Origin: Flectonema sp. DT1601
Taxonomy: Eukaryota
Direction of reading: 5' to 3'
Length of the DNA stretch: 64,000 nt
Assembly (NCBI GenBank): GCA_964019425.1
Contig: OZ025785.1
Coordinates: 1,116,001-1,180,000 of the forward strand
Part shown: piece by piece, positions 35,901 to 46,064 of the stretch
How positions within the stretch are numbered: position 1 is the stretch's first letter
How the letters are laid out: each line of letters begins with the position of its first letter
Program-made: the position numbers and the translations under genes
Notes under the pieces: model-generated
What the model saw: the letters and a program-made list of their open reading frames with translations, nothing else
The model's database searches: none
What the model was told of the DNA's origin: nothing

Positions 35901-38900
35901 ACGTTCCGTTGCCTGAGGACCTTTGGGTCACTCTTACTGTGTCGGTTGGCACTTCGGAGGTGGCCTTGACTGTGGTGAGCCTCGATGGCAGCAAGACAGC
36001 GACTGCTACTGCGGCGTTCGAGTCCAGAATCCCGACGGATGGCATCCAGACGTTGAGACTTTATGAAATGGGTTTCTCGTCGCTTCGCGTGACTTCCGGA
36101 AGCACAGCTTACCTGGGAGTCACCGTTCTGAGCGATGGCGACATTGAATCGAGCGGTGGGTATTACAACGTCGTTGGACCTGTGAACAGGGATCTCCTGG
36201 TGATCGAAGGTTCAGTGGCTGCGGTGACGCAGTCGGTTGGGTTGCCGGGGGACTGCTTCCCGGATTCGGCGGTGACCGGAAGCGACATCCTGACGTACAC
36301 GACACCTGATTCTTGCATCAAGAGCCGAAAGGATTACAAGGTAACATGGATGAACAACTGGTACACGAAGACCGGAAAGGTGACTGTGAAGTTCTCGCTG
36401 AGGGACGTGACGTGTCAGACGTCGTTCGACGTGAGGGCCGGTCCGGCGCACCGCCTTCGATGCAAGGACGTGCAGGAGGAGGTCTTCACAAGAGAGCCTT
36501 GGCATTCGAGCATCGATGTTGTCGATGAACACGATAACCTGGTTGAGTGCATCGCTGACTTCCCGGCAACCAACACCGAGGAGGGCGTGTTCGGGGCGAG
36601 GTCTTACGACTGCACAGCGTACACGGCAACGGTTGCCGTGCACGACGACGTGAGCGGGGATTCCCTGTACCAGGCATCGCAGACGGAGTCGCCGTTCACG
36701 AGCATTCCGCAATCGGAGGCCGCGTTCAGCCCGAGGTACGCCCAGCAGCCGAAGTCTGCGCTCCCGACGGGAGGGGTGAACGGCGTGGCGGACGGGTCGA
36801 CTTTGGCCGAGTTCGGGGTTGACTTCACGCAGGCTACTCCGGTGTCGACTGAGGGATGGGACGCGCGCTCTCCGACGGGAAGCTGGGCGGTGGGTTCGGA
36901 GTCATCGGCGGAGGGAGGGAGGTACTTCTTCGCATCCTCGGAAACCGAGAGGGCGCTGAACATGAGGTACCTCACGGACGGGAGGTTCGAAAACTTCGAC
37001 AACCACGGAAACAGGTGTGCCCGGTCGAGGGATCCACGGGCGGTGTGCAGGTACGGTTCGGACCCGAGTGTGGACGGTTGCTGCAGGCTGCACACGCCTG
37101 GGAGAATAGTTCCTGGACGGACGTACTCTCTGCAGTTCAGGTACCGAATTGGCGAGGCGGAGAACGTGGACACGGCGCGGGTGACTGTCAGCTTCTGGAT
37201 GCCGAACAGGCCTCCGGCGGGGCATCGTCGCATTTCAGAGGGAGTCGTCGAGATCGACGCGGACCAGACCGAGGGATGGGTTCAGGTTGCCAAGCCGTTC
37301 TCGTCGCCAAGGCAGGGGTCGTACGCGGAGATCACCGTCTGGTGTTTCAGAAACGGGGAGGCGGCCCGCTGCGGGGTGAACTTCGACGAGGTAAACCTGG
37401 TGTTGTTGGAGGAGGAGGAGTTGGTGTCGCTGACCTACAATTCGGAGCTGCCGAGGCAGACGGGGGGAACTGTGTCGGGGATCACCTGTGGACCGACGAA
37501 GGTGAAGACCCGGTTCGTGAGACCGGTACCGAGGGAAACCCCGTGCACGGATGCGCTGTCTTGCAACGGCAACGGTTACTGCAACAGGGAGGAGGGATCG
37601 ACTTGGTCTTGTCCGAGCGAGTTGGAGGGCCTGTTCGCTCCGTACTGCTGCAGGCGTGCGCTGCAGTACTGCTGTGGGGATCTGATGCGCGACACGGCGG
37701 ATGCTGAGTTCCGCGCGAGCTGTGGAAACCGGTTCTGCTCTGGGAATGGGGGACAGTATCCTCTGTCGAGCCCTTGCAGGGAATGCCACGCGGACCCTTT
37801 CTTGGGATACTGGGGAGGGACGAACTGCGAGAAGTGTGCGGAGGGATACTACGGGGAGAGGTGTCAATACAGGATTTGCAAGATCAACGAGAAGAACGGA
37901 AGGGAGTGCTCCGGGCACGGTCTCTGCCAGACGGACGGGGAGTGCACGTGCTTCGGAGGGATCCAGGGGGACGGATCGTCGGTGGCGCCGGCGCTGCACA
38001 TCGCGCACGGGATGATCAGCTTGCCGAAGCCGAGTCCGTCGAGCCAGGGATCGGCGGCTTCGTACGCCTCGTGCAACGACGTCCTGAGCCAGTACAGCAG
38101 CCGTGGGTTCGGAGTGCCTGACGAGGGGATCTATTCGATCTCCGAGGGAGAGGGGACGACGGCGAAGTACTTCTGCCGGTTCGTGAAGTCGAGGAGCGGG
38201 AAGTGGTTGGGAGGAGCGATGGTTGGAGGGGCGTGGGTGTCGTCGAGCACGGGCACGATGGCCGGAAACGTCGCTGGGGCGAGGTTCTCGAGCGAGGGAC
38301 AGTTTGCGCCGCTGGCCGAGTACGGGACGCCGGCGTCGGTGATGTTCGCGACGGGATCGGCGTCGTCGGAAGACGTTGGGAGGAGGTGGCTCCAGTCGAC
38401 CCTGCAGGACGGAGGGGCGGGCGGGGCTTTCGCTCGCAACCCGCCGAGGACGTGGGACTCGGTGATCTTCGCGACCAACCCAAGCAACCCGAGGGAGCGT
38501 CCTTCGTGGATCATGGTCGGGGCTGCCGAACTCCAGGCGAAGCTCGCGTCGGTGAAGGCGTCTCGGGATCCGATCGCGACTGAGCTGAAGGTGCTGGCGC
38601 AGGGGAACTCCAGGACTTCGAGGAAGAGTGTGTGCGTTTACTCCGAGGGGAGGAGGACGTCGTGCACGAGGGAGGAGGGTGCTCCTGAGAGGTGCATCGA
38701 GGGTCCGCCGGTTTTGATCGGGATCTTCGACAAGTGCGGTGCGGGAAGAGTCGAAGGGTTCCCGATGTGGTTTGGAGAGGGATCGACTGGGAGGACGCAG
38801 CAAACGGTGGCTCCTTCGGTGCGAGTTTTGGTGGTCGCGGGAGCAGGAGGAGTTGACTTCGCTCCTGGGTCCGAGAGATGGGAGCAGGCGAGCGGGGAGC

Positions 38901-41900
38901 TCCCTCTGCAGACGACTGCTCGCGCGCCGGCGAGCTTCCGGACCAACGTGGCCGGGGTTGCTGCTCCGGCGAAGCAGTACGTGTGGTCGAAGTGGGACAA
39001 CGCTCCTGTTCCGTTGGCACTGACGTTCGGCGCTGCGAGGGTGGAGAGCACGTTCCCTCGCGGTGCGATGTTCAGGGGGCTTCCGTCGACGTTGGCGGAG
39101 CTGCGGTCGATCAGCGTGAACTTGTTCGCGACGAGCGAGGATTCGGTGAACGTGAAGGTTTGGCTGAAGACTGCCGAAGGGCGGAGGTCGCCGGTCTCGG
39201 AGGGGACGTTGGTGAACGGGCAGATGCAGGTTTCGATCGGGATGGCGCGGTGGTCGAGCGAGAACCACGTGGCGACGGTTCGTGACCTGCCGGGGATCAA
39301 GATCTTGGTCGAGTTCAGCGGAGGAGTCGCGTCGACTGTGTCGTTCAGGGGAGCGATGCTGGAGTTGGGATACACGAGGGTGCCTCCGATTGAGGAGTTC
39401 GAGTTCACGGCGATGCTGAAGCTGGGACACCAGGACCGGATGCTGCCGATGACCATCCTCGATTCGAGCGATGCGGGGGGAGATCGCATCCGGATCGACC
39501 TGAACGTCGACCGGGACGGGAAGCCGCTCGCCGCGGCGGTGCGGGTGCGGGTGACGGATTCGAACCAGGCGACTCTCGAAACGATCACGACGGGGATGCA
39601 CGTGTTGTTCGCGAACAGGTGGGTGAGGGTTCGCGTGAACGTGAACATCGGAAGCGGAGAGGTGAGCCTGTCGATTGGGAAGTCGAAGGCGTCGGTGGGC
39701 GAAGGCGGGAGCGTGGTGCGGCTGTGGAAGCAGATCACGTCGACGCAGCTGGTGGCGAACGGGTACCCGGTGATCCGATCGTTCTCGGCGATGAGCAACG
39801 GAGTGACCTTCGGAACGACGGCGTCGCCGTTCATCGGGTTCATCAGAGACCTTGCCCTGACCAAGGGTGGGGCGACCGTGGTGGCTTCGCTCAAGCTGCG
39901 GACCGAGGGCGGGGACGAGGGGGACGCTCCGGCGGGGTGGACGACCACCGAGGGGTCGGCGACTTGGAAGAGCGTTTCGATTCCGAGGGAGGGGACGAGC
40001 TACGACGGGGTGATCGCGCGGGCGGTTCCGGTCGGGTTTGGGTTCTGGGCAGACGGAGTGAGCGGAGAGGAGTGCGACGTGTGCTTGGATGGATTCCATG
40101 GACCTGGATGCGACCTTCCGAACTGCGTGAGGAACAGCGACTGCAACGGACGCGGTGTCTGTCTTGCGGGAGGACAGTGCGACTGCGTGGACAACTACAC
40201 GGGAGACCGCTGCACTCGCTGCGAAGGTCCGCCAGTGAGGGCGGAGCGTGGTGCCGACGGGGTACTGGTTTGCACGACGGGTTGCCCGACGACCTGCGCA
40301 GCTGGTGGACGGCTCGTGGCCGGAGAGTACTTCAACCCGAACCTCATCCTGCCGCCTGTTTCGTGCGTCGGGGAAGGCGGAAGGCCGCTTTGCAAGTCGA
40401 AGAACGTGGTGAAGGTCGACGATTGCGGATGCCCGATGTCGCCGGAGCGCGAGTGCGTGGGATCGGACGGAAGCGGATGCTGCAACCCGGGGATTGTTCC
40501 GGTGTTCAATGCGGCGGTGATGTACAACTGCCAGGGATACCCGTCGCAGTACATCACTTGCAAGGATCCGGACACGTGTGGGAAGCTCGGGGCTCCGGCG
40601 CCTGTGTGCCTGCCGGGAACGTCGGGGTCGAGACAATACTCGTCGTGGTGCCACTCGAAGAGGGCCAGCGGTGGTTGCGACGGGCAGCGGCAGCGGTCGA
40701 GGGCGGAGGCTGCGACGGCTGCCGGATGGACGGGAGCGAGGTGGGAGCGATTCGTTTCGAACTGCGCCGGGATCTGCGGAACGGCAACCAACCAGGAAGT
40801 CGGAGGCGGATGCTCGTCTTGTCCGAACGTCGAACCGGACAGGGAGATCGATTGCTCTGGGCAGAACGTGCTTCGCGTGCACGCGCCGGTTCAGAAGATC
40901 AAGGAAGACTTCTGCGGGTGCACGTCGCCGGAGATTGCGGTGTGCCGTACCTCGGACACGGTCGAGTGGAACACGGCTACCCAGGGACACGTGCGGTGCG
41001 GGGCGTGCCCGAACTGGCAGGCGATCTACGAGGCGAACGCCGGGGAGGCGGAGAGGGCTACGCCGGAAATCGAGATCGACTGCAGGGGATGGCCGGCACC
41101 GGAGCTCGTGCAGCTGCCGTGCTCGGAACCCGGTTACGATCCGTGCGAGTGCCCGCTTCCGAGGTTCGTTTGCAGGGAAGGGACGGAGGGGAAGTGCGGG
41201 GGAGAGTCTGCGGCGTGTCCGACGTGGGGTCCTGCTCCGGAGCTGGACTGCAAGGGAGCGTACCCACCGGTTGTGAACCAGGCGGCGGAGCACGTGTGCG
41301 GATGCGACTTCCCGAGACCGGCGGTGTGCAAGGCGGGTAGCGAAGCGCAGGTGCGGTGCCCTGAATCGGGAGACGTTGTCGTGAGTGGCCAAATCACGTT
41401 GATCGGGTGTCAGGGTAAGCCTGTCGCCGGACCTGCGGTGTGGAGACCTGGAAGCTCGAGGTGGCCGTTCACCGGGGCATGCTCTGGCTGCAACACGAAG
41501 CTGCCGATCATCAACCAGTGCAAGCCTGGGAGCCAATGTCCGATTGTGAACGAGTGTCCTGCTGGATCGGATAAGGCGCCGGGGGGAATTGCGTTCGGAC
41601 AGGCGTGCCCGGAAACCGTGTACGAAGACGTCGAGTGCGGGGGAGTGGTGCTGCCGCCGATCGAGTACGGGCAGGATTCGGACTGTTGGTGTGCGCCGAC
41701 GGTGGTTCAAAGATGCGTGAACGACGGTTGCGTCGGAAGCGAGAACGCATGTGCGCCGTACGTGTGCGGGTTGACGAGGTACGCGGAGGCGGTCCCGGGA
41801 GACCAGTGCCGCGAGAGTTGCACGCAGGATTCGCATTGCATTGAGGGGCATATTTGCGTGGGAAGCGAGTGCGTTGAGGAGGACGCCCCGACTCCGCCGT

Positions 41901-44900
41901 TGGGAGACTGTCGGGTGGACGCTTCGATCTGCGAGCCGTACACTTGTGATTTGGTAACCGGCGGGTGCTACCAGGAGTGTTGGTCGGACAAGCACTGTTT
42001 GGAGGGAAGCAGCCGCCTTCGCAACGAGAGCGGATACCGATGCACGTTCCCGACGTTCACGTCGCTGACGCAGGTTCCGAGCTTCTTGGTTCTCGGGGGA
42101 AGCGAAGAGGACGGGACCTCCGGAAGGGCGCAGCCACCTAACCTGTGTGGGTCGTCGGAAGGAGAGGGGGCTCAGACGGTGCCTGGGAGGTGCGTGTGGA
42201 CGACGATTGATCCGGAGGCTTGTACCAGCCAGAGCGATCCGCTTTGCGGATTGTACGCGTGCGGGAAGAACAACACGCAGATCTACTTTTCGAATGCGGC
42301 GTGCAAGGTGTCGTGCAGCAACGATGCGCACTGCAGCAGCGACGCGCACTGCGAGAGGACGACCGGGAAGTGCGTGGCCGGGGCACCGCAGTCTCCGCAG
42401 AGCTGCAGCACGAAGGACTACGACTACTGCTCGCCGTACGCTTGCGGGAAGCACATTGCGTTGGCTCCGCTGCCGACGGCGACCTGCAAGACCAGCTGCA
42501 CGCTCAGCGGGCACTGTTTGCACTTTTACAAGTGCGTTGGGGGAGAGTGTGTTGCTGGAGACGTGATCAAGGAAAGCTACCAGTCGCCGGACTTGATTCC
42601 GGAGGAATGCTACAGCTCGGAGACGGACATCGTGCGCAGGCCGTACAAGTGTTTGAGGGTTCCGATTCCGCTTGACGGGAACCCGATGGGGAGGGTTGGA
42701 TACGCGGTTGCACCGTCGGCGCCGGCACCGGCGGAGAAGACGGCGATCACCTGCGGGAAGCACAGGGACTGCCACCCGTACAGGTGTGGGTCGGGACGCG
42801 GGGCGGTTGTGGGAGGACCGTACACTTGCAACACCCAATGTGTGGTTTACGACGACTGCGCTGAGGGTTACTCGTGCGAGGCGCAGAGGTGCGTGCAGCT
42901 GAGGGCCCCTGCGGCGCAGTGCGCGCTGGACAGGGATTGCGCATCGGGTCACTGTGTCGATGGAATCTGTTGCAACACGGCGTGCAACTTGCCGTGTCAG
43001 AGATGCACGAACATGGGTGTGTGCGGATGGGTTGACGTGGGTACCGATGACCGCAACGACTGCGGAAGCTGCCGCACCTGCGTCGCGTTCTCCGAGTCCG
43101 GTTCGGATGTGAAGAGGGAGTGTGCCGCTGTCGTCGAGGGTCTCAGTCCGAAGAGTGAGTGCGGTGCGATGGGCACCTGCGATGGAAATGAAGGGTGCAG
43201 GTGCTTCAGGAGCTCGGAGACTGGGTTCTGGTCGGGAGACAAGTGCCAGTACTGCGCCAAGGGCTACCGTGGAAGGTCGTGTACGAAATCGGATGCTCCG
43301 CTGAGGCCACCGACGCCGGTTGCGGACGGAACGCCAACGCAATCGCCTGCCATGCAACTGGAGCTTCGTTCTGTTCAATATCCAATTAGGGTGTTGGACT
43401 ACTCCACACAGGTATCTTCGGGTAATGTTAACAACTTGATTGGTGAACCGGACGCTGTGGAGTCTGCTTATTTCCAGAAAGAAGAGTTAAACAGAAACAG
43501 TGCTTGGGAACCGTTTCAGGTATGTATTTTTATTTTTATTTTTATTATGTTTTTATTGTTGTTTTATTGTTGTTTTATTTTTTAATTTTTTTGTTGTTTG
43601 TTGTACCGACGATGAAGTTAGAAACGAAACCAAGGGTTTCTTGTTCCTGTTCTTGTTTTTTTGCCCTTTTGTTGGCGTCCCTGTTCTCTTTTGTTCTTGG
43701 TATTCTTCGATGACGAAAATAAAATAAAATGAAATAAAAAAACAGTACCACTGTGACAGACCTGACAACTTCAAGAGAGCTCAATGTCTGCCAACTGAAG
43801 AGAGGGAGCTCGGCTGGCGCAATGAATTGCAGTACGTGGTGTTGGAGTACGAGAAGGCAATCTACTTGGACCAGGTATGTCTTAATTATTGTATTTTACG
43901 ATTCTCGTTGTGGACTTGGGAATTTTACACGAATTACTTTTTTCCCCCCTCTCCCCTTTTTGCCAGTTTCAAGTTGCTTTCCATTTAATATTAGTATCAA
44001 GTTATCCCCCCGTACTCGTTGTGTGGACAGAATCCAGTTATAATGATTCATGTCTAACTTGTTGCGTGTTAACCCTTGATTTATTTATCCAAGTCCCACC
44101 CCCTTTTTTTTTTTTGTTGTTGTTGTTGAGTTAACGAAATGAAAACAACACAAAAAATACAGATTTTCGTGTACGAGAATGCAGAACCAGGACAGGTTGT
44201 TCAGGTGTTCGCCCAACCAGTGCAGAAGGGAGCGGATGCCATTGCCGGAGGAGGAGCACCGGGAAGTACGCAGCAGATCAATGGAGTGGTGACGTCGGCG
44301 GTGAGGGGGTCGACATTGACAAACACCGGCAACAAGTTGAGGAACGTGGATGCTGCGGCCAGCACTGCGGCGGCAACTTCGGTAACCAACGGCGCGACGT
44401 CAATCAATTCAAACACCAACGAGTTCGTCGAGATTTGGAGCAGAACCGACCCTCTCTTCTTCGGAGAGCCACGGGCGAGAATCTACGCGCCGTCGACGGA
44501 CGCAAACCCATTTGCGCGCCCGACGACTGCGGTGCAAACGGTTTCAGGAAACCAGCAGAGCTCAGTCAATGTGCAGTGGAAGACCAAGGTGGTGAAGTTG
44601 GTCATCCAGCCTAGCAGCAACAGGAAGTCTCAAATCGACACGGTGGGGATTGTTGGTTTCGCGGTGGCCGGGTTGAGGACCACCGGAGAGTGTCCGGGAG
44701 TGGTGACCCTGCAGGAAGACGGATCGACGAGGCAGGCGGTTTGCAGCGGAAACGGAAGGTGTCGTCCACACGGATGCGAGTGCAACGGAAACTGGGACGG
44801 TGCGGATTGCGGTGTGTGCAGGTTTGGATACATCGGAGAGAATTGCCAGGAGCTTGCACTCCAACCAGTGGATACGGTGAACCTCTGTGCGGTATCGATG

Positions 44901-45449
44901 TTCGAAGACATCCTCGATTTCGAGGGCGATGTTCTCGAGCTCCGCTGGTCTATCCAGGACTACGTCTACAGAACAACTCGCGTGATGAGACCTCGTCACT
45001 ACGGTACGAAGTTCGTGTCGCCGTTGATCAGTCTTGGACAACACACCCACGTTAGAATTCAGACCGGGTTCTTTGTGATGGACATGCCTAACCACGACGA
45101 CAGCGGTTTGATGGCGAGGGTTGCGAGGGTCCGTAGCAGCAACCCAGCGAGGGACCGTACCGAAGCGGAGCGCCAGAGCGAGGGGGAGAGAATCGTTTTC
45201 ATGAAGAGAGTTCCGTACGCGACGGGTATCAACGTTGTTGGTACCGGTAAGGGTGACACTTCTGACCAGATGGATGTCACGACGTCGTGGGAGTCTCCGC
45301 AGATTAGTGTCGAGTTTGAGATCTGGTCTCCTGACATCGATGCTGCTGATGGTGGCGATCACCGAATGACCATCACCTACTTTGTTGTTCACTCTTGTAA
45401 TTATCCATCACAGTCTGGTACTGAGAGTCCTGATACTGACTTGAACTAG
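11994..45449 (+). CDS. Giant (~10,936 aa) secreted mosaic protein with an N-terminal leishmanolysin/GP63 (M8)-like pseudo-peptidase domain, ~25 Ig-like repeats and lectin, WSC, PAN, Kelch, EGF and Cys-rich modules; exons 11994..12238, 12370..43519, 43746..43874, 44163..45449
   Basis: Exon 1 gives a signal peptide (MFCSRVLSVMALLAGAHA). The phase-2 intron 12239..12369 joins AA|C to give SPLNIHVDFSLLDDSRYAC, in frame with the 10,397-aa ORF. Exon lengths 245+31150+129+1287 = 32,811 nt = 10,937 codons including the stop. Confidence 0.9.
12239..12369 (+). other. Spliceosomal GT-AG intron (131 nt)
   Basis: GTATGT...TTTAAAAAAACAG; links the signal-peptide exon to the long ORF in frame. Confidence 0.9.
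12370..14146 (+). other. Peptidase M8 (leishmanolysin/GP63)-like domain, active site degenerate
   Basis: Motifs ADFVLYVTA, RPVIGLISF, VALHELVQALG, LTTPTVIEQARLHYGC, GLEVED, WEKRIANDEVM, SRLTLAMLQDTGYY, DEIMDFCP and IYCPDPTLFC occur in the order of the M8 family. Confidence 0.88.
14912..15445 (+). other. C-type lectin-like domain 1
   Basis: CP..GKCIEL, AKEKC, LATITS.E, FWTGL, C..., FFCEF. Confidence 0.8.
19226..19548 (+). other. WSC carbohydrate-binding domain
   Basis: YTGCF...MTPAMCAKVC...CMCS...C...C.G...CG...AYR matches the WSC cysteine pattern. Further WSC-like units at ~17170-17485, ~28950-29170 and ~31280-31565. Confidence 0.8.
23450..23650 (+). other. PAN/Apple domain
   Basis: CKLLCDASNTCKKWAF...CKLY...VSG. 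Similar units at ~14380-14510, ~16720 (split) and ~28560-28840. Confidence 0.75.
25952..27538 (+). other. Kelch-type beta-propeller
   Basis: Repeats RLGHT...MYGG...WRFD...W, KAGHA...VFGG...WMYD...W, YVVGG, YVTTG, IIYGG and YMFGG...DMWYL. Confidence 0.85.
30350..30898 (+). other. C-type lectin domain 2 with intact EPN and WND sugar/Ca2+ motifs
   Basis: HFYHYY, WRDAQTAC, GYLMT, WMGASD.AEEG.W.W, EPND (30782), WND (30839), FICEW. Confidence 0.88.
36960..37410 (+). other. Galactose-binding/CBM4-9-like jelly-roll domain
   Basis: LTDGRFE...VPGRTYSLQFRYR...GWVQV..PF...VNFDEVNL resembles the NGGFE...PG.TY...W...F...DDV.L consensus. Confidence 0.6.
43520..43745 (+). other. Spliceosomal GT-AG intron, copy 2
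   Basis: Same as 8399..8624. Confidence 0.9.
43875..44162 (+). other. Spliceosomal GT-AG intron, copy 2
   Basis: Same as 8754..9041. Confidence 0.9.
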
Positions 45450-46038
45450 TGATGATGATATCTGTGATTGTCAATTATTTTTATTTTTGTTTTATTTTAA
45501 TGAAAAGAAAACGAATAAACAAAAGAAATTCTGACGTTTGATAAAGAAAATTCAATAGGGGGCGGAAAGAACCATGCTGCCCTAAATTATCTTTTTTGAC
45601 CACATTAATAACCAGGTTAGCGATCGTAGGTGTGACTACTACAGGATAAATATTTTATTGTTGCGTTGCTGGGTAGTTGATCATTTGCAATCATCGCTCT
45701 GTGATAGGATACAAACGTGTCGTGTAAGTATCTGTTTGAGTTGCCTTTCAAGGAAAAAAAATAAAAAGAATCTCGAGATTCTTGTTTAGAATTGTTTTAG
45801 TTTTTTATGTTGTCGGTCTAATTCCATGTTAAGACTGCTATTGAAGAATAGTAGAGTCGGGATGTGTCCAAGTCAGTAATACCTTTTGTATTATGTGTGC
45901 TTTAGTTTGGAATCCTAATTGAAAGTAGAATCATTTTATTCATTGATTGGAATCTTAACTCTCTTCCCCATTTTATTTTTTGAAAAACCTGGAAATGATG
46001 TGAGAAAAATGAATAAACAAAAAACTTTTTAGAAGAAT

Positions 46039-46064
46039 GAAAGAAAGAAAGAAAGAAAGAAAGA
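46039..46064 (+). repeat. (GAAA)6 microsatellite
   Basis: Read directly from the sequence. Confidence 0.85.

Larger units (their letters stand above)
14800..36560 (+). other. Array of ~25 Ig-like (bacterial Big/filamin-type) beta-sandwich repeats
   Basis: Recurring hydrophobic-x-D-x-x-G-N motif (TDAYGN, VDCYGN, SDEYGN, RDGYGN, HDAYGN, VDEFGN, HDEWGN, KDHFGN, LDKFGN, LDTYGN, WDSYGN...) followed by L-x-GT and G-x-A/V-x-F-x-x-L motifs (GGVATFSGL, GGVVVFDDLSY, NGLVTFTLKY). Confidence 0.75.
43375..44665 (+). other. Discoidin-like domain of the FBXL4-N/pappalysin type, split by two introns
   Basis: QYPIRVLDYSTQ...NLIGEPD...AWEP...QYVVLEYEKAIYLDQIFVYENAEPGQVVQV...W...QIDTVGIVG. Confidence 0.6.
35122..45541 (+). 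repeat. Direct repeat copy 2 (matches 1..10420)
   Basis: Same sequence as the window start at offset 35,121. Confidence 0.97.

Noticed and set aside
14864..40112. Inserted segments as inteins or unspliced introns
   Set aside because: They encode recognisable extracellular domains with coding-like composition. I did not recognise intein terminal motifs or the AT-rich intron signature at the inferred borders.
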